Positions 9,522 through 20,015 are shown, counted from the stretch's first letter. The stretch: 64,000 bases of DNA from an uncultured Verrucomicrobiae bacterium (GCA_963806855.1 CAWDYW010000001.1:928001-992000), one strand, 5' to 3'. Translations and numbers: made by a program. Notes: a model not told the origin generated them from the sequence alone.

Positions 9522-10531
9522 TGAAAGCGATACAAATTGATGTGGTTGCACCGGATCTCGAGCGGGCGATCCAAAATTTGAAAATAGTGGAGGTCCCCAT
9601 TCCAAAGCCGGGACCTGGAGAAGTGCTCATTAAGACTGGAGCAACCACTTGTAATCCATCGGATCTGGTGTTTTTGCTCGGCGTTTATGGCGTAAAGCTC
9701 GCTTTGCCTACAGTTCCTGGCTTTGAGGGGATGGGTACCGTAGTGGCAAGTGGGGGCGGGGCTTTAGGGTGGTGGCTAAAGGGAAAAAGAGTTGCCGTTG
9801 CTCTCTCAGGCCGGAGTGGGACTTGGGCAGAGTATATTATTGCAAAGACTAAAGAGTGTTTTCCTCTTAAGCACACGACTTCCGATCAGCAGGGCGCTAC
9901 GTTGCTCATCAATTCGCTCACCGCAGTGGCCATGATCGATCAGGTTAAAAAGGAAGGGCATAAAGCGATCATCTTCAATGCTGCCCGTAGCCAAGTGGGC
10001 AATAAGTTGCGGGACTTAAGCTCCTTGCAAAAGATCCCATTCATCAACATTGTCAGAAATCAGGAGCAGGTTGATCAACTGAAGAAAGAGGGTGAGAAAT
10101 GGGTCGTTTCTTCCAGTGATGAGCAGTTTTTGCATCACTTAAGCGAAATGGCCAGATCTTTGCACGCCACGATTGCCTTTGACGCCGTCGCGGGAGAGCA
10201 AACAGGTAAAATCTTGAGCGCAATGCCTCCAAAATCGGTCATTGTTGTCTACGGTGCGTTGGCAGGTCAGTCTTGTAGGGAGATCAGTCCTAAGGATCTG
10301 ATATTTGGGCAAAAAAAGGTCGAAGGCTTTTGGCTTGTTCCCTGGGGAGAGCAAAATGGCTTCTTTAAAACTTATAAAAGCCTCCGTTATATAGAGGGGC
10401 TGATTAAACAAGGACAAGGCTGTAGCCAGATTCGGGCCACTTCAGGATTTGAAGGTTGGAAAGAACTCCTTCTCTCTTATGCCCATAAGCAGTCAGAGGG
10501 TAAAGTGATTCTTAGTCCTTCTTCTGAATAA
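9521..10531 (+). CDS. MDR-superfamily (quinone/enoyl) oxidoreductase
   Basis: PKPGPGEVLIK..CNPSD..PGFEGMGTVV..AFDAVAG..VYGAL. Confidence 0.88.
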   Translation: MKAIQIDVVAPDLERAIQNLKIVEVPIPKPGPGEVLIKTGATTCNPSDLVFLLGVYGVKLALPTVPGFEGMGTVVASGGGALGWWLKGKRVAVALSGRSGTWAEYIIAKTKECFPLKHTTSDQQGATLLINSLTAVAMIDQVKKEGHKAIIFNAARSQVGNKLRDLSSLQKIPFINIVRNQEQVDQLKKEGEKWVVSSSDEQFLHHLSEMARSLHATIAFDAVAGEQTGKILSAMPPKSVIVVYGALAGQSCREISPKDLIFGQKKVEGFWLVPWGEQNGFFKTYKSLRYIEGLIKQGQGCSQIRATSGFEGWKELLLSYAHKQSEGKVILSPSSE

Positions 10532-10739
10532 CGAGCTGCAAGATGATCAGAGTTGTACCCGCGACGATGAGCAGCGCGGAAAAGATCGCTGGAAATTCCC
10601 CAGTGGTAGGCTGAATGGCATTCAAATCGACAAGTTGCTCTTGCTCGGTGAATGAAATTTGCCGATGCAAAAGGGCATAGATCCCCATGCCAATCAAGAA
10701 AATGCCAATGATGACGGCGCCAATTCTAGCCAGTTTCAT
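10512..10739 (-). CDS. Small two-TM membrane protein (paralog of 34686..34925)
   Basis: Two hydrophobic helices; QISFTEQEQLVDL..PAIFSALLIVAG. Confidence 0.65.
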   Translation of the reverse strand: MKLARIGAVIIGIFLIGMGIYALLHRQISFTEQEQLVDLNAIQPTTGEFPAIFSALLIVAGTTLIILQLVIQKKD

Positions 10740-10790
10740 ATTTTTATTTTCACTATTTGTTCTATAGGTGTAAACCAAAATTTGAGGACT

Positions 10791-11534
10791 ATGAAAATTC
10801 TACGAGAGCTGACAGTGCATGACTTTCGAGTGCGGCAAGTGCAGGATCGACCTGGCCCTAACTCGTTTTTCTTACCGGGAGGGCCCGGACTTGGCTCCGA
10901 GTATTTCGAGAGCTTGATCGAAGTGCTCGATCTTTTTGGCAGCCTCTATTTGGTCGATTTTCCCGGCGATGGGAGCAATCCCACTCCGCTGGTGCCTGAA
11001 AAATGGAAGGAGAACCTCATTAAGCTGGTCCAAGCGTTTCCTCGGGTGCATCTGGTGGCCCATTCTTTTGCAGCGATGTTCGTTATGACCTGTCCAGAGC
11101 TAGAGCCCCATCTGGAGCGGCTTGTCTTGATGAGCGCTTCGGCCAAAAAACTGACCCATCATCATCCTGGCCCTGTGAATCTCAAGGACTATTTTTTGAC
11201 CAGGTTGAATCTCTATGTTCTTCCCGAAACGATCGAGCGGGCTTGGCAGCTGTTTGAAAATTTGCCCTTCAAGGAGGAGGCTTTCATTTGGGGCAGGGAC
11301 CATTTTCATCCCCATTTCTCTCCCATCTGGGTGCCCCAAAAACTGCCGACACTTATCCTCAGTGGGGAAGAAGATCAGATCACACGACTTTCCTCTTTTG
11401 AAGGGACGCCCTATCTTGAGCGTCCCAATATTGTGGTGCAGTCGATCCCGGGTGCCAGCCATTTCCCTTGGCTCGAAAAACCAAAAGAGGTCAGCCGAGG
11501 ACTAGCTCTTTTCTTTTCGAGACTGACCGAATGA
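10791..11534 (+). CDS. Alpha/beta hydrolase
   Basis: PGGPG, DFPGDG, AHSFA nucleophile elbow, PTLILSGEED, ASHFPWLE. Confidence 0.88.
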   Translation: MKILRELTVHDFRVRQVQDRPGPNSFFLPGGPGLGSEYFESLIEVLDLFGSLYLVDFPGDGSNPTPLVPEKWKENLIKLVQAFPRVHLVAHSFAAMFVMTCPELEPHLERLVLMSASAKKLTHHHPGPVNLKDYFLTRLNLYVLPETIERAWQLFENLPFKEEAFIWGRDHFHPHFSPIWVPQKLPTLILSGEEDQITRLSSFEGTPYLERPNIVVQSIPGASHFPWLEKPKEVSRGLALFFSRLTE

Positions 11535-12828
11535 GGGCAAGCATGTGCGGCAGCGCCATGCAGGCTAGGACGATGTCGATCAGCGACCAGAATGTCTTCA
11601 CTTCACAAATGGCTCCAAAGAAAGTCATCAATCCTGTTAGCACAAGATACAAGTGCATTTTCTTGTTGTCGGTCAAATAGCCAAAGCACTGGCTGCCATT
11701 GTAGCTGTTTCCCAAAATCGTCCCAAATCCAAACAGCAGGGTGCTGATCGCGACAATGGCAAGTCCAAAGTAGGAGAAATAGGATTGGAAAGAGGCTGCT
11801 ACCATGCTGATCCCAAGGGGCAGCTCGGGGTTTTGCCAGGTTTTAGTGATCAGGGTAACTAAGCCCGACAAAAAGGCGACAATTCCGGCCGTGTAGGTAG
11901 AGACCATGGCGAGCGTCCCTTGCGCAATCGGATCTTTGGTGGCGGCCATCGAGTGGGGAATAGCCTGCGTCCCAATTCCCGCTTCGCTAGCTTGAATTCC
12001 TTTAAAAATTCCCCAGCGGAGCGTGCTGACAATACCCCCGACGATCGTTCCGCTCGCCAATGCACGAGGAGAGAGGGCCGATGCAAACATTTGATGGAAG
12101 ACGTCCCCGAGCTGACCAAAGTTGGTTAGAATGATCCATAGGTTGGAGCCAACATAAAGGATAAACATCATAGGGACCAATTTTGAAGAAAGAGAGCCGA
12201 CCCGTTTAATGCCTCCCATCAGAAGAAAGAGGACAAAAATCGAGATCACAACTCCCGATATGATCGTAGGGATCCGATAACCTTCGAGTAGAGGGGAGTC
12301 GAGGATGGCGGCGAGCTGGTTGGCCTGAGCTCCTGACCAGGCAGTCATGAGAAGAAGACAGCAGATCGCATACCATTTGGCTGCAAAAGGGGAAAGAAGA
12401 TGCCTGATGTATTGCATCGGCCCGCCCATCACAGCGCCCGAATCGAGCGTTTTCCGGTGTGCAATGGAAAGACTCACTTCCACATAGGTAGCGGCGCTGC
12501 CGAAAAAAGCAGTGAGCAAAAAGCCAATCAATGCCCCCGGACCTCCCAAGTTGATCGCGATTACTGGCGCGACAATGGTCGAAATCCCCAGAGTAGTCGA
12601 CATCGCCGTCAAGAGCGCTTTGTGGGGGGAAATGGTATGCTCGCCTTCTTCTGCCTTTTTAAAGCCGCTCTTCAGCAGCCTAAATAGCTCAGGAAAGAGG
12701 CGCAGTTGGACAAAGCGGGTTTTGAAACTTAGGTAAATGCACCCTAGCAAAAGGAAAATGCAGCAGCCAAACAGCACATAATCTGCGGCTGATTTGATAA
12801 AGCCTTGAATAAACATAAAAATCCTCAT
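11491..12828 (-). CDS. Sodium:alanine/glycine symporter (AGCS/AlsT family)
   Basis: GGPGAL, GGPMQYI, GGIKRVG, SEAGIGT motifs; multi-TM. Confidence 0.9.
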   Translation of the reverse strand: MRIFMFIQGFIKSAADYVLFGCCIFLLLGCIYLSFKTRFVQLRLFPELFRLLKSGFKKAEEGEHTISPHKALLTAMSTTLGISTIVAPVIAINLGGPGALIGFLLTAFFGSAATYVEVSLSIAHRKTLDSGAVMGGPMQYIRHLLSPFAAKWYAICCLLLMTAWSGAQANQLAAILDSPLLEGYRIPTIISGVVISIFVLFLLMGGIKRVGSLSSKLVPMMFILYVGSNLWIILTNFGQLGDVFHQMFASALSPRALASGTIVGGIVSTLRWGIFKGIQASEAGIGTQAIPHSMAATKDPIAQGTLAMVSTYTAGIVAFLSGLVTLITKTWQNPELPLGISMVAASFQSYFSYFGLAIVAISTLLFGFGTILGNSYNGSQCFGYLTDNKKMHLYLVLTGLMTFFGAICEVKTFWSLIDIVLACMALPHMLALIRSVSKRKELVLG

Positions 12829-12887
12829 TTATTTTAATAATTGCAAATAAAAACTGTAGTTTGGGTAAAAAATTAGGAATTGCAATA

Positions 12888-13059
12888 AGAACCTATCCCG
12901 ATAAAAAGTTTCAGTCGATTTTCGGGTTCTTTTGAGCCTATTTTCGATTCAAATTCGGGGGTTCATATGCGGTAGGCTGATATTAACCCCCGAATTTGAA
13001 TCGAAAATAGGCCAAAATAATCCCGAAAATCGACGAAAAATTTTATCGGGATAGGTTCT
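12888..13059. mobile_element. 172-bp palindromic miniature element (MITE/RPE-like), element A
   Basis: Terminal IR AGAACCTATCCCGATAAAA; nearly the whole element folds as one hairpin; flanked by direct repeat AGGAATTGCAAT (12875-12886, 13060-13071). Confidence 0.85.
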
Positions 13060-13223
13060 AGGAATTGCAATTATTGAAAGAAACGAAGGAAGGGGTTGCG
13101 GTGAAAAGTTGTAAAATCAAAGGTGGCAATGCTTGGTACATAAAATTCTCCATTTTTCCCAATAGAGGGATAATTACTATTATAAGTCCAAGGAATATTG
13201 TAAACAAGGGGGAAAATATAAAT

Positions 13224-16200
13224 TTAGAAAATCCACTCCAAACGACCCTCCACTTCATTAATGGTAGTGCTTTGATTATAAAGCCCTTTATAACCGACTA
13301 AGAATGAAACTCCACTATTTTGAGTCCATTTAATTCCCGCTTGGGGAGAAGCGAGTTGCACCGAAGAGTGATAGCTGTTTACACTGAATACACAGGTGTG
13401 ATCGACGAAGCTCGCTCTTTGCTTAGAATGACTTAAAGGGAACTCTCCGACCCAGCTGAGGCCAATATAAGGAGCGAAACAAGAGCACTCGCAGACCCAG
13501 GTGCGGTAGGCTCTTAGGCCTACTTCGCCCCGGAGCATATTTTGAATGTGTTCTTTCACTTTTAGGTTGAGGCTATCTGCTCCATGCTCTTTAAAACCTT
13601 CCCGATGGAAGTAGTTGTAATCGATCAGTCCAAAAGGCTCAAAAGTAGTGCAGCACCAATCCCAGCAGGTTCTTATGCCTAGATGCCCGGTGAAGAAATA
13701 GCCCCACGGATGGCTTTTGGCCGATCTGTCGATATCGATCTGGACTGGCGTTTGTACAAGGCCATCGGTCCCAGCGCACAAATTGGTTTGCACCGTCGTA
13801 ATGACACCCGGCCCAGAAATGTCGATTTTACGCCTTAGATCATGATCGCTGCCGCCTCCGATAAGTGAAATATCGAGGTCAAGACAACAGCAGTGATAAC
13901 TGCCATATAAAGCGCCGTAGTAGCTATTGATATCCCCATTGCCATGATGCCCTCTCCACTCGAGCCAGGTATGGGTATAGGCGAAAGCTCCACCGATTGT
14001 ATAACACTCATTAAAGCAATAATCGATCCCTGTGACGACCCCAACTGCATTGGCATCGAAGCGGCTCATGTGGCCATAGTGCTTTGGATTGCTCATTAGA
14101 TTACCAAAGACATCGATCCAGACAGAGGTATTGCAATTGCAGCTGCAGCAATCTCTTGGACTGCAGCAGAGCTCAAAGAGGTGCTCTGATAAAATATCGG
14201 CGATGTAATTATTGTTACGGGCATTGATCCAATCTAAAGCTCCATAGTTTACAGGAGAGAGATTGTAGAGGGCCCGATTGACATCTCTATGGTTAAGCAG
14301 ACCCATCTGTTCCACAATTACCCCGAAGTCAGATCCAGGTGTGATATTTGCATTCATGATGCAGTTGGCAACTGCGCTAGGGATGCCGGGGTTGATCACT
14401 TGGTTTTGGAAGATAAAGTTTTGCAATATGGTCAAAGTCACACTGTTATAAGAGATGCCAATATCAAATAAATTAGCATTGACACCAGTCTCAATCTTGT
14501 TAGCAAATGTTCCGGTTACTGGCCCACTAATCACGACATACTGAGTCCCCGCGATGTAGTTTCCCGCATTGACAATGATATTGAGGGTTCCTCCATTGAG
14601 TGTGGTTGTTCCACCCGTTACCAATACCGTGTCATGAACAGATCCATTTGGGGTGATATCAACCACGACAATCCCCGAAGATTCATTAGTGAAGTCGCCG
14701 TTGATGTTGATTTGTCCCACTCCACTATCACCAGGAGAGAGAATACCGGAATTATCCAAATTGCCTGTCATTGTGAAGTTACCGCTTAAGATAGCCCCAT
14801 CGGCCACTGCAATATCACCTAGAATAGAACCGTCAACTCTCAGCTCTCCCGCCTCCACTGAAGTCCCGCCTACAAAAGTATTGGCGCCATGTAAAGAGAG
14901 CATCGCACAGCCTTGTTTAGTAAGAGCTGGGGTCACAGGCACTCCTAAATCTCCTCCTTCAATCGGATTTGGCACATCGACATTGCATATAATATCAAAT
15001 ATCAATTTTGCTCCGGTCATCATAAAAATATCAGCACCGGCTGCGGATCCATCAGCTCCAGGAGTCGCAGGGGTAATGACATCAGGACAACTAGTATCCG
15101 GAATAGTCCCTCCAGCACCACCAAAAACGGTATTGCCCATGAACGTGGCACAGTCTTTGATTGTAAGCGTACCCCCACTTCGAATGAAGATCGCACCCCC
15201 AAATCCTGCACCGCCGCCACCACCGCCATTTTCTGCAGGGCTATCAGGTTCGAGCGGGGAAAGATAAACCTCGCCAATCCCCCCAGCCCCTCCACCAAAT
15301 ATACTTTGACCACCTTGACCCGGTGTCGGGACGTCGGGATAGGCAGCAGTACCGCCTCCACCACCGCCGCCGCCCCCAAAAACACTCCCGCCTCCGTCTC
15401 CACCTTGTAATGGGATAGCGACTGTGCCTGTCACGACGCCCCCAAAAACACTCTCTCCTCCGGGTCCACTATGAAATGGGAGATCGACTGTGGCAATCAC
15501 GATGCCACCTCCACCGCCACCTCCGCAAAAACCACCAAGTCCACCGATGCCACCCTCATTGCCCGCACCGCCTCCGCCTCCGTAGTCGAGTCCTGCTCCG
15601 CCTGGAGAGCTAGCGGTAAAGCCACCAGAGCCACCCCCACCGCCGCCATTGGTACTGGCACCTCCAGCAATTCCACCGCGGTCACCCCCAGCACCTCCAG
15701 CGCCTCCAGCTGTGGCAGATCCTGAGGGAGGCAAGCCTCCACCCGCATTTGCCCAATTGTTACCTCCCGCCCCTGCGGTGTCACCGGCATCGCCCCCCGC
15801 TTGTCCGACGCCAGCTCCACCTCCACCCTGAAAATTATCACCAGTAAATGCGCTGCCCCCATCAAAATCTAAACCGCCGCCGCCACCGCCTCCATAATTG
15901 GGATTAGCTCCTGAACCACCATTACCCCCTAAGCCACCGCCACCGCCAGCACCTGGAGAAAAACTTCCCAGACCTCCCGCTCCACCTTGTGCTGTTGAAT
16001 TCTGGAAAATGCAGTTGATTGCAGTAACATTTGCTCCAGTGTCGACAATTAAAGATCCACCAATTCCAGCTCCGCCCCCACCGCCAGAATTTCCTCCATT
16101 CCCCCCAAAACTTGCCAGTTGGTTAAAAACGATCCCGTTTAGCGTGACAGTGCCTCCGCGGATTAAGAAACCACGAAATGCACCACCCCCTATGAGTTGG

Positions 16201-16472
16201 TTGCCATTGCCAATAATAGTGATGGGGAAAGCAGTTGGAGAGAAAGTATTATCTGTATTGATTGGTCTCAAATTTGGTGCGAATGGTCCAGGCACTGGGA
16301 AAGGAACCGTTAAATCGATAGGCCCTGTGAAATTAATCGTATTATCGCCGCCACCATTTGCTGTGATAATCGCATTTTGCAAAGCGGTGCTGTCGCCAAC
16401 AGGATTTATAGAATACACAAGCGAAGAAGAGGTCAGGCAAATGAGTGAGGCTAACGTTTTTTTCCAATGCAT
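13224..16472 (-). CDS. Pmp-like autotransporter with glycine-rich passenger
   Basis: Signal peptide; GGxGGxGG tracts; GGAIF and FxxN motifs; LTKQG..LHGANTFVGGT; Cys-rich barrel ending EWIF. Confidence 0.9.
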   Translation of the reverse strand: MHWKKTLASLICLTSSSLVYSINPVGDSTALQNAIITANGGGDNTINFTGPIDLTVPFPVPGPFAPNLRPINTDNTFSPTAFPITIIGNGNQLIGGGAFRGFLIRGGTVTLNGIVFNQLASFGGNGGNSGGGGGAGIGGSLIVDTGANVTAINCIFQNSTAQGGAGGLGSFSPGAGGGGGLGGNGGSGANPNYGGGGGGGLDFDGGSAFTGDNFQGGGGAGVGQAGGDAGDTAGAGGNNWANAGGGLPPSGSATAGGAGGAGGDRGGIAGGASTNGGGGGGSGGFTASSPGGAGLDYGGGGGAGNEGGIGGLGGFCGGGGGGGIVIATVDLPFHSGPGGESVFGGVVTGTVAIPLQGGDGGGSVFGGGGGGGGGTAAYPDVPTPGQGGQSIFGGGAGGIGEVYLSPLEPDSPAENGGGGGGAGFGGAIFIRSGGTLTIKDCATFMGNTVFGGAGGTIPDTSCPDVITPATPGADGSAAGADIFMMTGAKLIFDIICNVDVPNPIEGGDLGVPVTPALTKQGCAMLSLHGANTFVGGTSVEAGELRVDGSILGDIAVADGAILSGNFTMTGNLDNSGILSPGDSGVGQININGDFTNESSGIVVVDITPNGSVHDTVLVTGGTTTLNGGTLNIIVNAGNYIAGTQYVVISGPVTGTFANKIETGVNANLFDIGISYNSVTLTILQNFIFQNQVINPGIPSAVANCIMNANITPGSDFGVIVEQMGLLNHRDVNRALYNLSPVNYGALDWINARNNNYIADILSEHLFELCCSPRDCCSCNCNTSVWIDVFGNLMSNPKHYGHMSRFDANAVGVVTGIDYCFNECYTIGGAFAYTHTWLEWRGHHGNGDINSYYGALYGSYHCCCLDLDISLIGGGSDHDLRRKIDISGPGVITTVQTNLCAGTDGLVQTPVQIDIDRSAKSHPWGYFFTGHLGIRTCWDWCCTTFEPFGLIDYNYFHREGFKEHGADSLNLKVKEHIQNMLRGEVGLRAYRTWVCECSCFAPYIGLSWVGEFPLSHSKQRASFVDHTCVFSVNSYHSSVQLASPQAGIKWTQNSGVSFLVGYKGLYNQSTTINEVEGRLEWIF

Positions 16473-16689
16473 ATGAATCCTAGGCCTATTGTCAGACGCT
16501 GATATATAGCAAATGTTTCATTTTAAGGCAATTCCTTGGATGTACCCCTATAGAATGCCCCTTTCGCGTTGAATCTACCCTTTCCATAATTCTCCTATGG
16601 GAAAGGGGAGGGAGTCTAAAGGGTTTTCCTCTTTTTTTTCCAAAGAGAATTGTCGGATTTTTGAGAGTCCCGTATAATAGAGCGCGCCT

Positions 16690-17509
16690 ATGCTTAGTTG
16701 GAAAGAAATTATTCAAGATTACATTATTAAGCACTCTGATCGGATCAGGAAAACAACCGCTCCGATGCGGGACCATTTTGGCTTAAAGTATTTCTCCTAC
16801 CACCGGATTGAGGACTCGGGGAAATACACGGTCCTTGTCGATCGGCCTGATTGGGCAGAGTGCTATGTGAGGGAGCAACTCTATCTCAACGATCCCTATC
16901 TAAGACACCCATCTGTCTATCAGTCAGGCTTATGTCTTATCGAAAGTAATGGTTCTGAAGAGTACAAAAGAGCAGATATTGAAAGTAGGAAAAGAGACCC
17001 TCGCAGTGGATGTCGGGATTATTTTAATCCAAAAGGGGAAGGGGTTTGTCGAGTTTTTTGCCTTTTCAGGCAACAAAATAGATAGTTGTTTAGATAAGCT
17101 CTATCTAAATCACCCTCATATTTTAAAAACGTTTTCTGCCCATTTTAGAAAAGAGATGGGAACTGTTTTAGCGAAAATGCAAGATGAAAATTGCAACCTG
17201 ATCAATCTAAAAGGCGATCAATTTTCTTGCGACGAACCGATCCATCTTGAACTCCCTTCTGAGAAGATCCTGGAGTACTACCGGGACCTAGGACTGAGTG
17301 GGCAGTTTGAAAAATTATCTCCTAGAGAAAAACAATGTATGAAACTTCTCGCTGAGGATAAATCGGCTAAGGAAACTGCTGCGCTACTTGGGCTACAGAC
17401 CCGTTCAGTGGAATTTTATTTTGAGAATATCAAAAACAAACTCTCTTGCAGCAGCAAGGTCGAGCTTCACCAAATTGCCCGCACTTTAAATCAGATGCAA
17501 CTACTGTAG
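16690..17509 (+). CDS. LuxR-family regulator (autoinducer-binding-like N-domain + HTH), one frameshift at A4 16966-16969
   Basis: PDWAECY...YLNDPYL N-domain; LSPREKQCMKLL..KSAKETAALLGL..RSVEFYFENIKNKL HTH. Confidence 0.85.
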
Positions 17510-17520
17510 TCAATACAGTA
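17502..17520. promoter_or_regulatory. lux-box-like palindrome upstream of the GNAT gene
   Basis: TACTGTA-gtcaa-TACAGTA. Confidence 0.5.
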
Positions 17521-17568
17521 ATCGAAAAAGCGCGCGTTGGGTCATCATTTTCCTAAAAGGAGAAAATT

Positions 17569-18273
17569 ATGTCCCATTTTGTGACTCTTCAAGAATTTGA
17601 AAATTTTTATGACGCGCTGAAAGCCCCGGTAGAAAAGAGCGAAGAGGCCTATGCTTGTTTCAGCGGCATCCCTTATCCGATTTTTAACTGTGTAATACAC
17701 GTGCGGTCGGAAAAGGTAGCGGATAAAATCGATGAACTGCTCTCTAAGCTCCCAGATGGTATGCCCCTCTCTTTTTGGGATCATAGTGAAAATCGTCCCA
17801 GACTCAAAGAGGAGCTTGTAAAGAGGGGATTTCAGCCGGTTCTGACCGTCCCCTTGATGACTTGGCAGGTCGAAAAGGTCGATTTGCCTCCCTATCGAAT
17901 TGAAAAGGGGGATATGAAGACTTTTCTAAGTATTTTGGCCGCCACCCTGCAGTTAGACCAGGTCGTGAAAGAGGGATATTCCAAGTTGATCGATAATCCC
18001 CTGATCGAAAATTACATTCTCTATGTCGATGACAATCCGGTTGGGGTAGGAACATTCATCTCAGGCAAAAAAGCCGGCGGGATTTTCAACATCACGATTC
18101 TGCCGCAATATCAAAAGCGAGGGTACGGGAAGGCCATGATGCAGTTTTTGATGAATCGGGCAGGAGCTCTTGGGTTAGAAAGACTCATCTTGGTCAGTAC
18201 TCCCGTGGCAACCAACCTTTATCTGGGATTAGGATTTGTCAAATGTCTTGATATCGAACTTTTTGTCCGCTAA
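17569..18273 (+). CDS. GNAT family N-acetyltransferase
   Basis: IFNITILPQYQKRGYGKAM acetyl-CoA motif; NLYLGLGF; AGGAG RBS. Confidence 0.9.
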   Translation: MSHFVTLQEFENFYDALKAPVEKSEEAYACFSGIPYPIFNCVIHVRSEKVADKIDELLSKLPDGMPLSFWDHSENRPRLKEELVKRGFQPVLTVPLMTWQVEKVDLPPYRIEKGDMKTFLSILAATLQLDQVVKEGYSKLIDNPLIENYILYVDDNPVGVGTFISGKKAGGIFNITILPQYQKRGYGKAMMQFLMNRAGALGLERLILVSTPVATNLYLGLGFVKCLDIELFVR

Positions 18274-18300
18274 GGTGAAAAAAAAGCGGGGGTTTAACCT

Positions 18301-18501
18301 ATGGCCAATAGAAAACGAAAAGATAGCGATGAAGGGGATCCAGAGCCTCTCAATTTTGATGAGGATGATGAATTTGGCGAGCAGCTGAGAATATCTCCGA
18401 GGGATGCCCGCGGGGATTCCGAAGATAGTCAGTATTACGAAGAAGAAGAGGCGATTAGCCCTGAAGAGGTTGAAGATCGTGAAGAAGAGGGCGATCTCTA
18501 A
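18301..18501 (+). CDS. Small acidic hypothetical protein
   Basis: 66 aa, strongly D/E-biased composition. Confidence 0.5.
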   Translation: MANRKRKDSDEGDPEPLNFDEDDEFGEQLRISPRDARGDSEDSQYYEEEEAISPEEVEDREEEGDL

Positions 18502-19168
18502 CGAAATCGACTGTAAGGTCAATTACTGAATCTGAATACATGATCCAAGAGTGACCAGCAAAAACGGTGATATGTTCGTGCGGGGTGCCGAGACACGATT
18601 CGGAGACCCCCACTTTGCCATCATTTAATTCTCCAATAAAAGGATTCCATCCAAAGGTGCCTGAAATAATCAGCACTTTCTTGCTATTTGGAAATTGTCC
18701 CAGATAGTCGAAAGTCTCTTGGGTCAAGAGCTCGCTTCCCGCGTTCTCTCCGAAGAGCTTCTTTATAGGTTTGACATGATTCAGGGTCTTACCAAATTGA
18801 GAGCCCTGATTGGGAGGAACCAGTAGAACCGCTTTGCCTATTTTGGCCTCTTCAGGACAATCGGGGTGATTGAGCGCCGCACGGACGATGATGCCGCCTA
18901 GGCTATGGGTGACAAAATGGATTGGCTCGCCAGGATTGCGTTCGGCAGCTGCTCGGAGGTCGTGGGCCAAGTATTCGGCATGCTCTTCGATGGTCCGTTC
19001 TTTGCTTGGATAGCCCCAGCTATGGGCCTCGTAGCCCTCCCGGAGGAAGGCGGTAGCCATTGGCTGCATGGAGGCGGGACTGCGCATAAAGCCATGCAAA
19101 CAAAAAACCGATTCAGTTGCAAAAAGGGCGGTCGGTAATAAGAATAAAATTAAAATTAATCTACGCAC
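18455..19168 (-). CDS. Secreted alpha/beta hydrolase (lipase/PGAP1-like)
   Basis: Signal peptide from GTG 19168; LHGF, THSLGG, PPNQGS, NDGKV, GHS. Confidence 0.85.
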   Translation of the reverse strand: MRRLILILFLLPTALFATESVFCLHGFMRSPASMQPMATAFLREGYEAHSWGYPSKERTIEEHAEYLAHDLRAAAERNPGEPIHFVTHSLGGIIVRAALNHPDCPEEAKIGKAVLLVPPNQGSQFGKTLNHVKPIKKLFGENAGSELLTQETFDYLGQFPNSKKVLIISGTFGWNPFIGELNDGKVGVSESCLGTPHEHITVFAGHSWIMYSDSVIDLTVDFVRDRPLLHDLQPLQG

Positions 19169-19229
19169 AGACTGATTATAAACTGATCTGCCTTTTCCTG
19201 GTAGGGGCTCGCAACTCTCTAAAAGAGGG

Positions 19230-19562
19230 TTATTTCCTGATGGGGAAGATGAAAATTCCAATCCCTAAAATGATTAGAACGATTCCCCCAATCTGAAGCC
19301 AGTGAGCCCTCTGCGCATACATGTCGGCCTCTTGGGTTCCCTGATTTATTCTGCTTTGGGCTGAATTGTTAAACCCCCTGCCGATTACTTGGGCAGCGGG
19401 AGGGGCGACGGTAAAGAGTTGATTTCTTTGGTTGACTTGCTGTTGAGCACCAGAGATTTCCTGCCTTCCAGTGGCAACTCGATTCTTAATATAGTTAGAG
19501 ATCAGAATCAGGCTTATACCGCCGATTAATACCACAATGGCAATAATTTTTTTTAGGTTCAT
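19230..19562 (-). CDS. Two-TM membrane protein, unknown function
   Basis: N- and C-terminal hydrophobic helices around a Q-rich helix. Confidence 0.7.
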   Translation of the reverse strand: MNLKKIIAIVVLIGGISLILISNYIKNRVATGRQEISGAQQQVNQRNQLFTVAPPAAQVIGRGFNNSAQSRINQGTQEADMYAQRAHWLQIGGIVLIILGIGIFIFPIRK

Positions 19563-19679
19563 ATCTTTCTATTCGCATATTAGAAAAAAAATGTAAAGCG
19601 GTTAATCGCCTGCCTTCTCGTTCCTTGACGCTCTCATTGGCATCATGATACAATATTTCTCCCAAAGGAGGAGTTTTAT

Positions 19680-20015
19680 ATGAAAGTTGATCCAAACTAT
19701 ACCCCCGCTGCTCTTTTCCCTGGCAATCAGGATGCTGCCAGTGATCCAAAATGCGTTAGCGTCGCAGAGGTCATCCAACAAATTGCTGCAAAAAATGCTA
19801 GAACAAGTGCCAATCAAGAACAATTAAGAAAAGATGCTCAAGCTCGCTATCAGTATCTTTCTGAATCGGAGCAACTAGAACTCTGGTTTGTAAAGGAGCT
19901 TGCTTCTCTATTGCTTCAGAAGGGAGTGTCCTCAGAGGCTGCAAAGCGATATTACTCATTTAGGCTATCTGAAGAGGATGCTATAGAATGGACAGTCCAA
20001 CAGATACATTTGTGA
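19680..20015 (+). CDS. Hypothetical protein
   Basis: 111-aa ORF with strong AGGAGG RBS. Confidence 0.7.
   Translation: MKVDPNYTPAALFPGNQDAASDPKCVSVAEVIQQIAAKNARTSANQEQLRKDAQARYQYLSESEQLELWFVKELASLLLQKGVSSEAAKRYYSFRLSEEDAIEWTVQQIHL

Noticed and set aside
14653..16476. Pro-rich + strand ORFs
   Set aside because: Antisense shadows of the Gly-rich autotransporter
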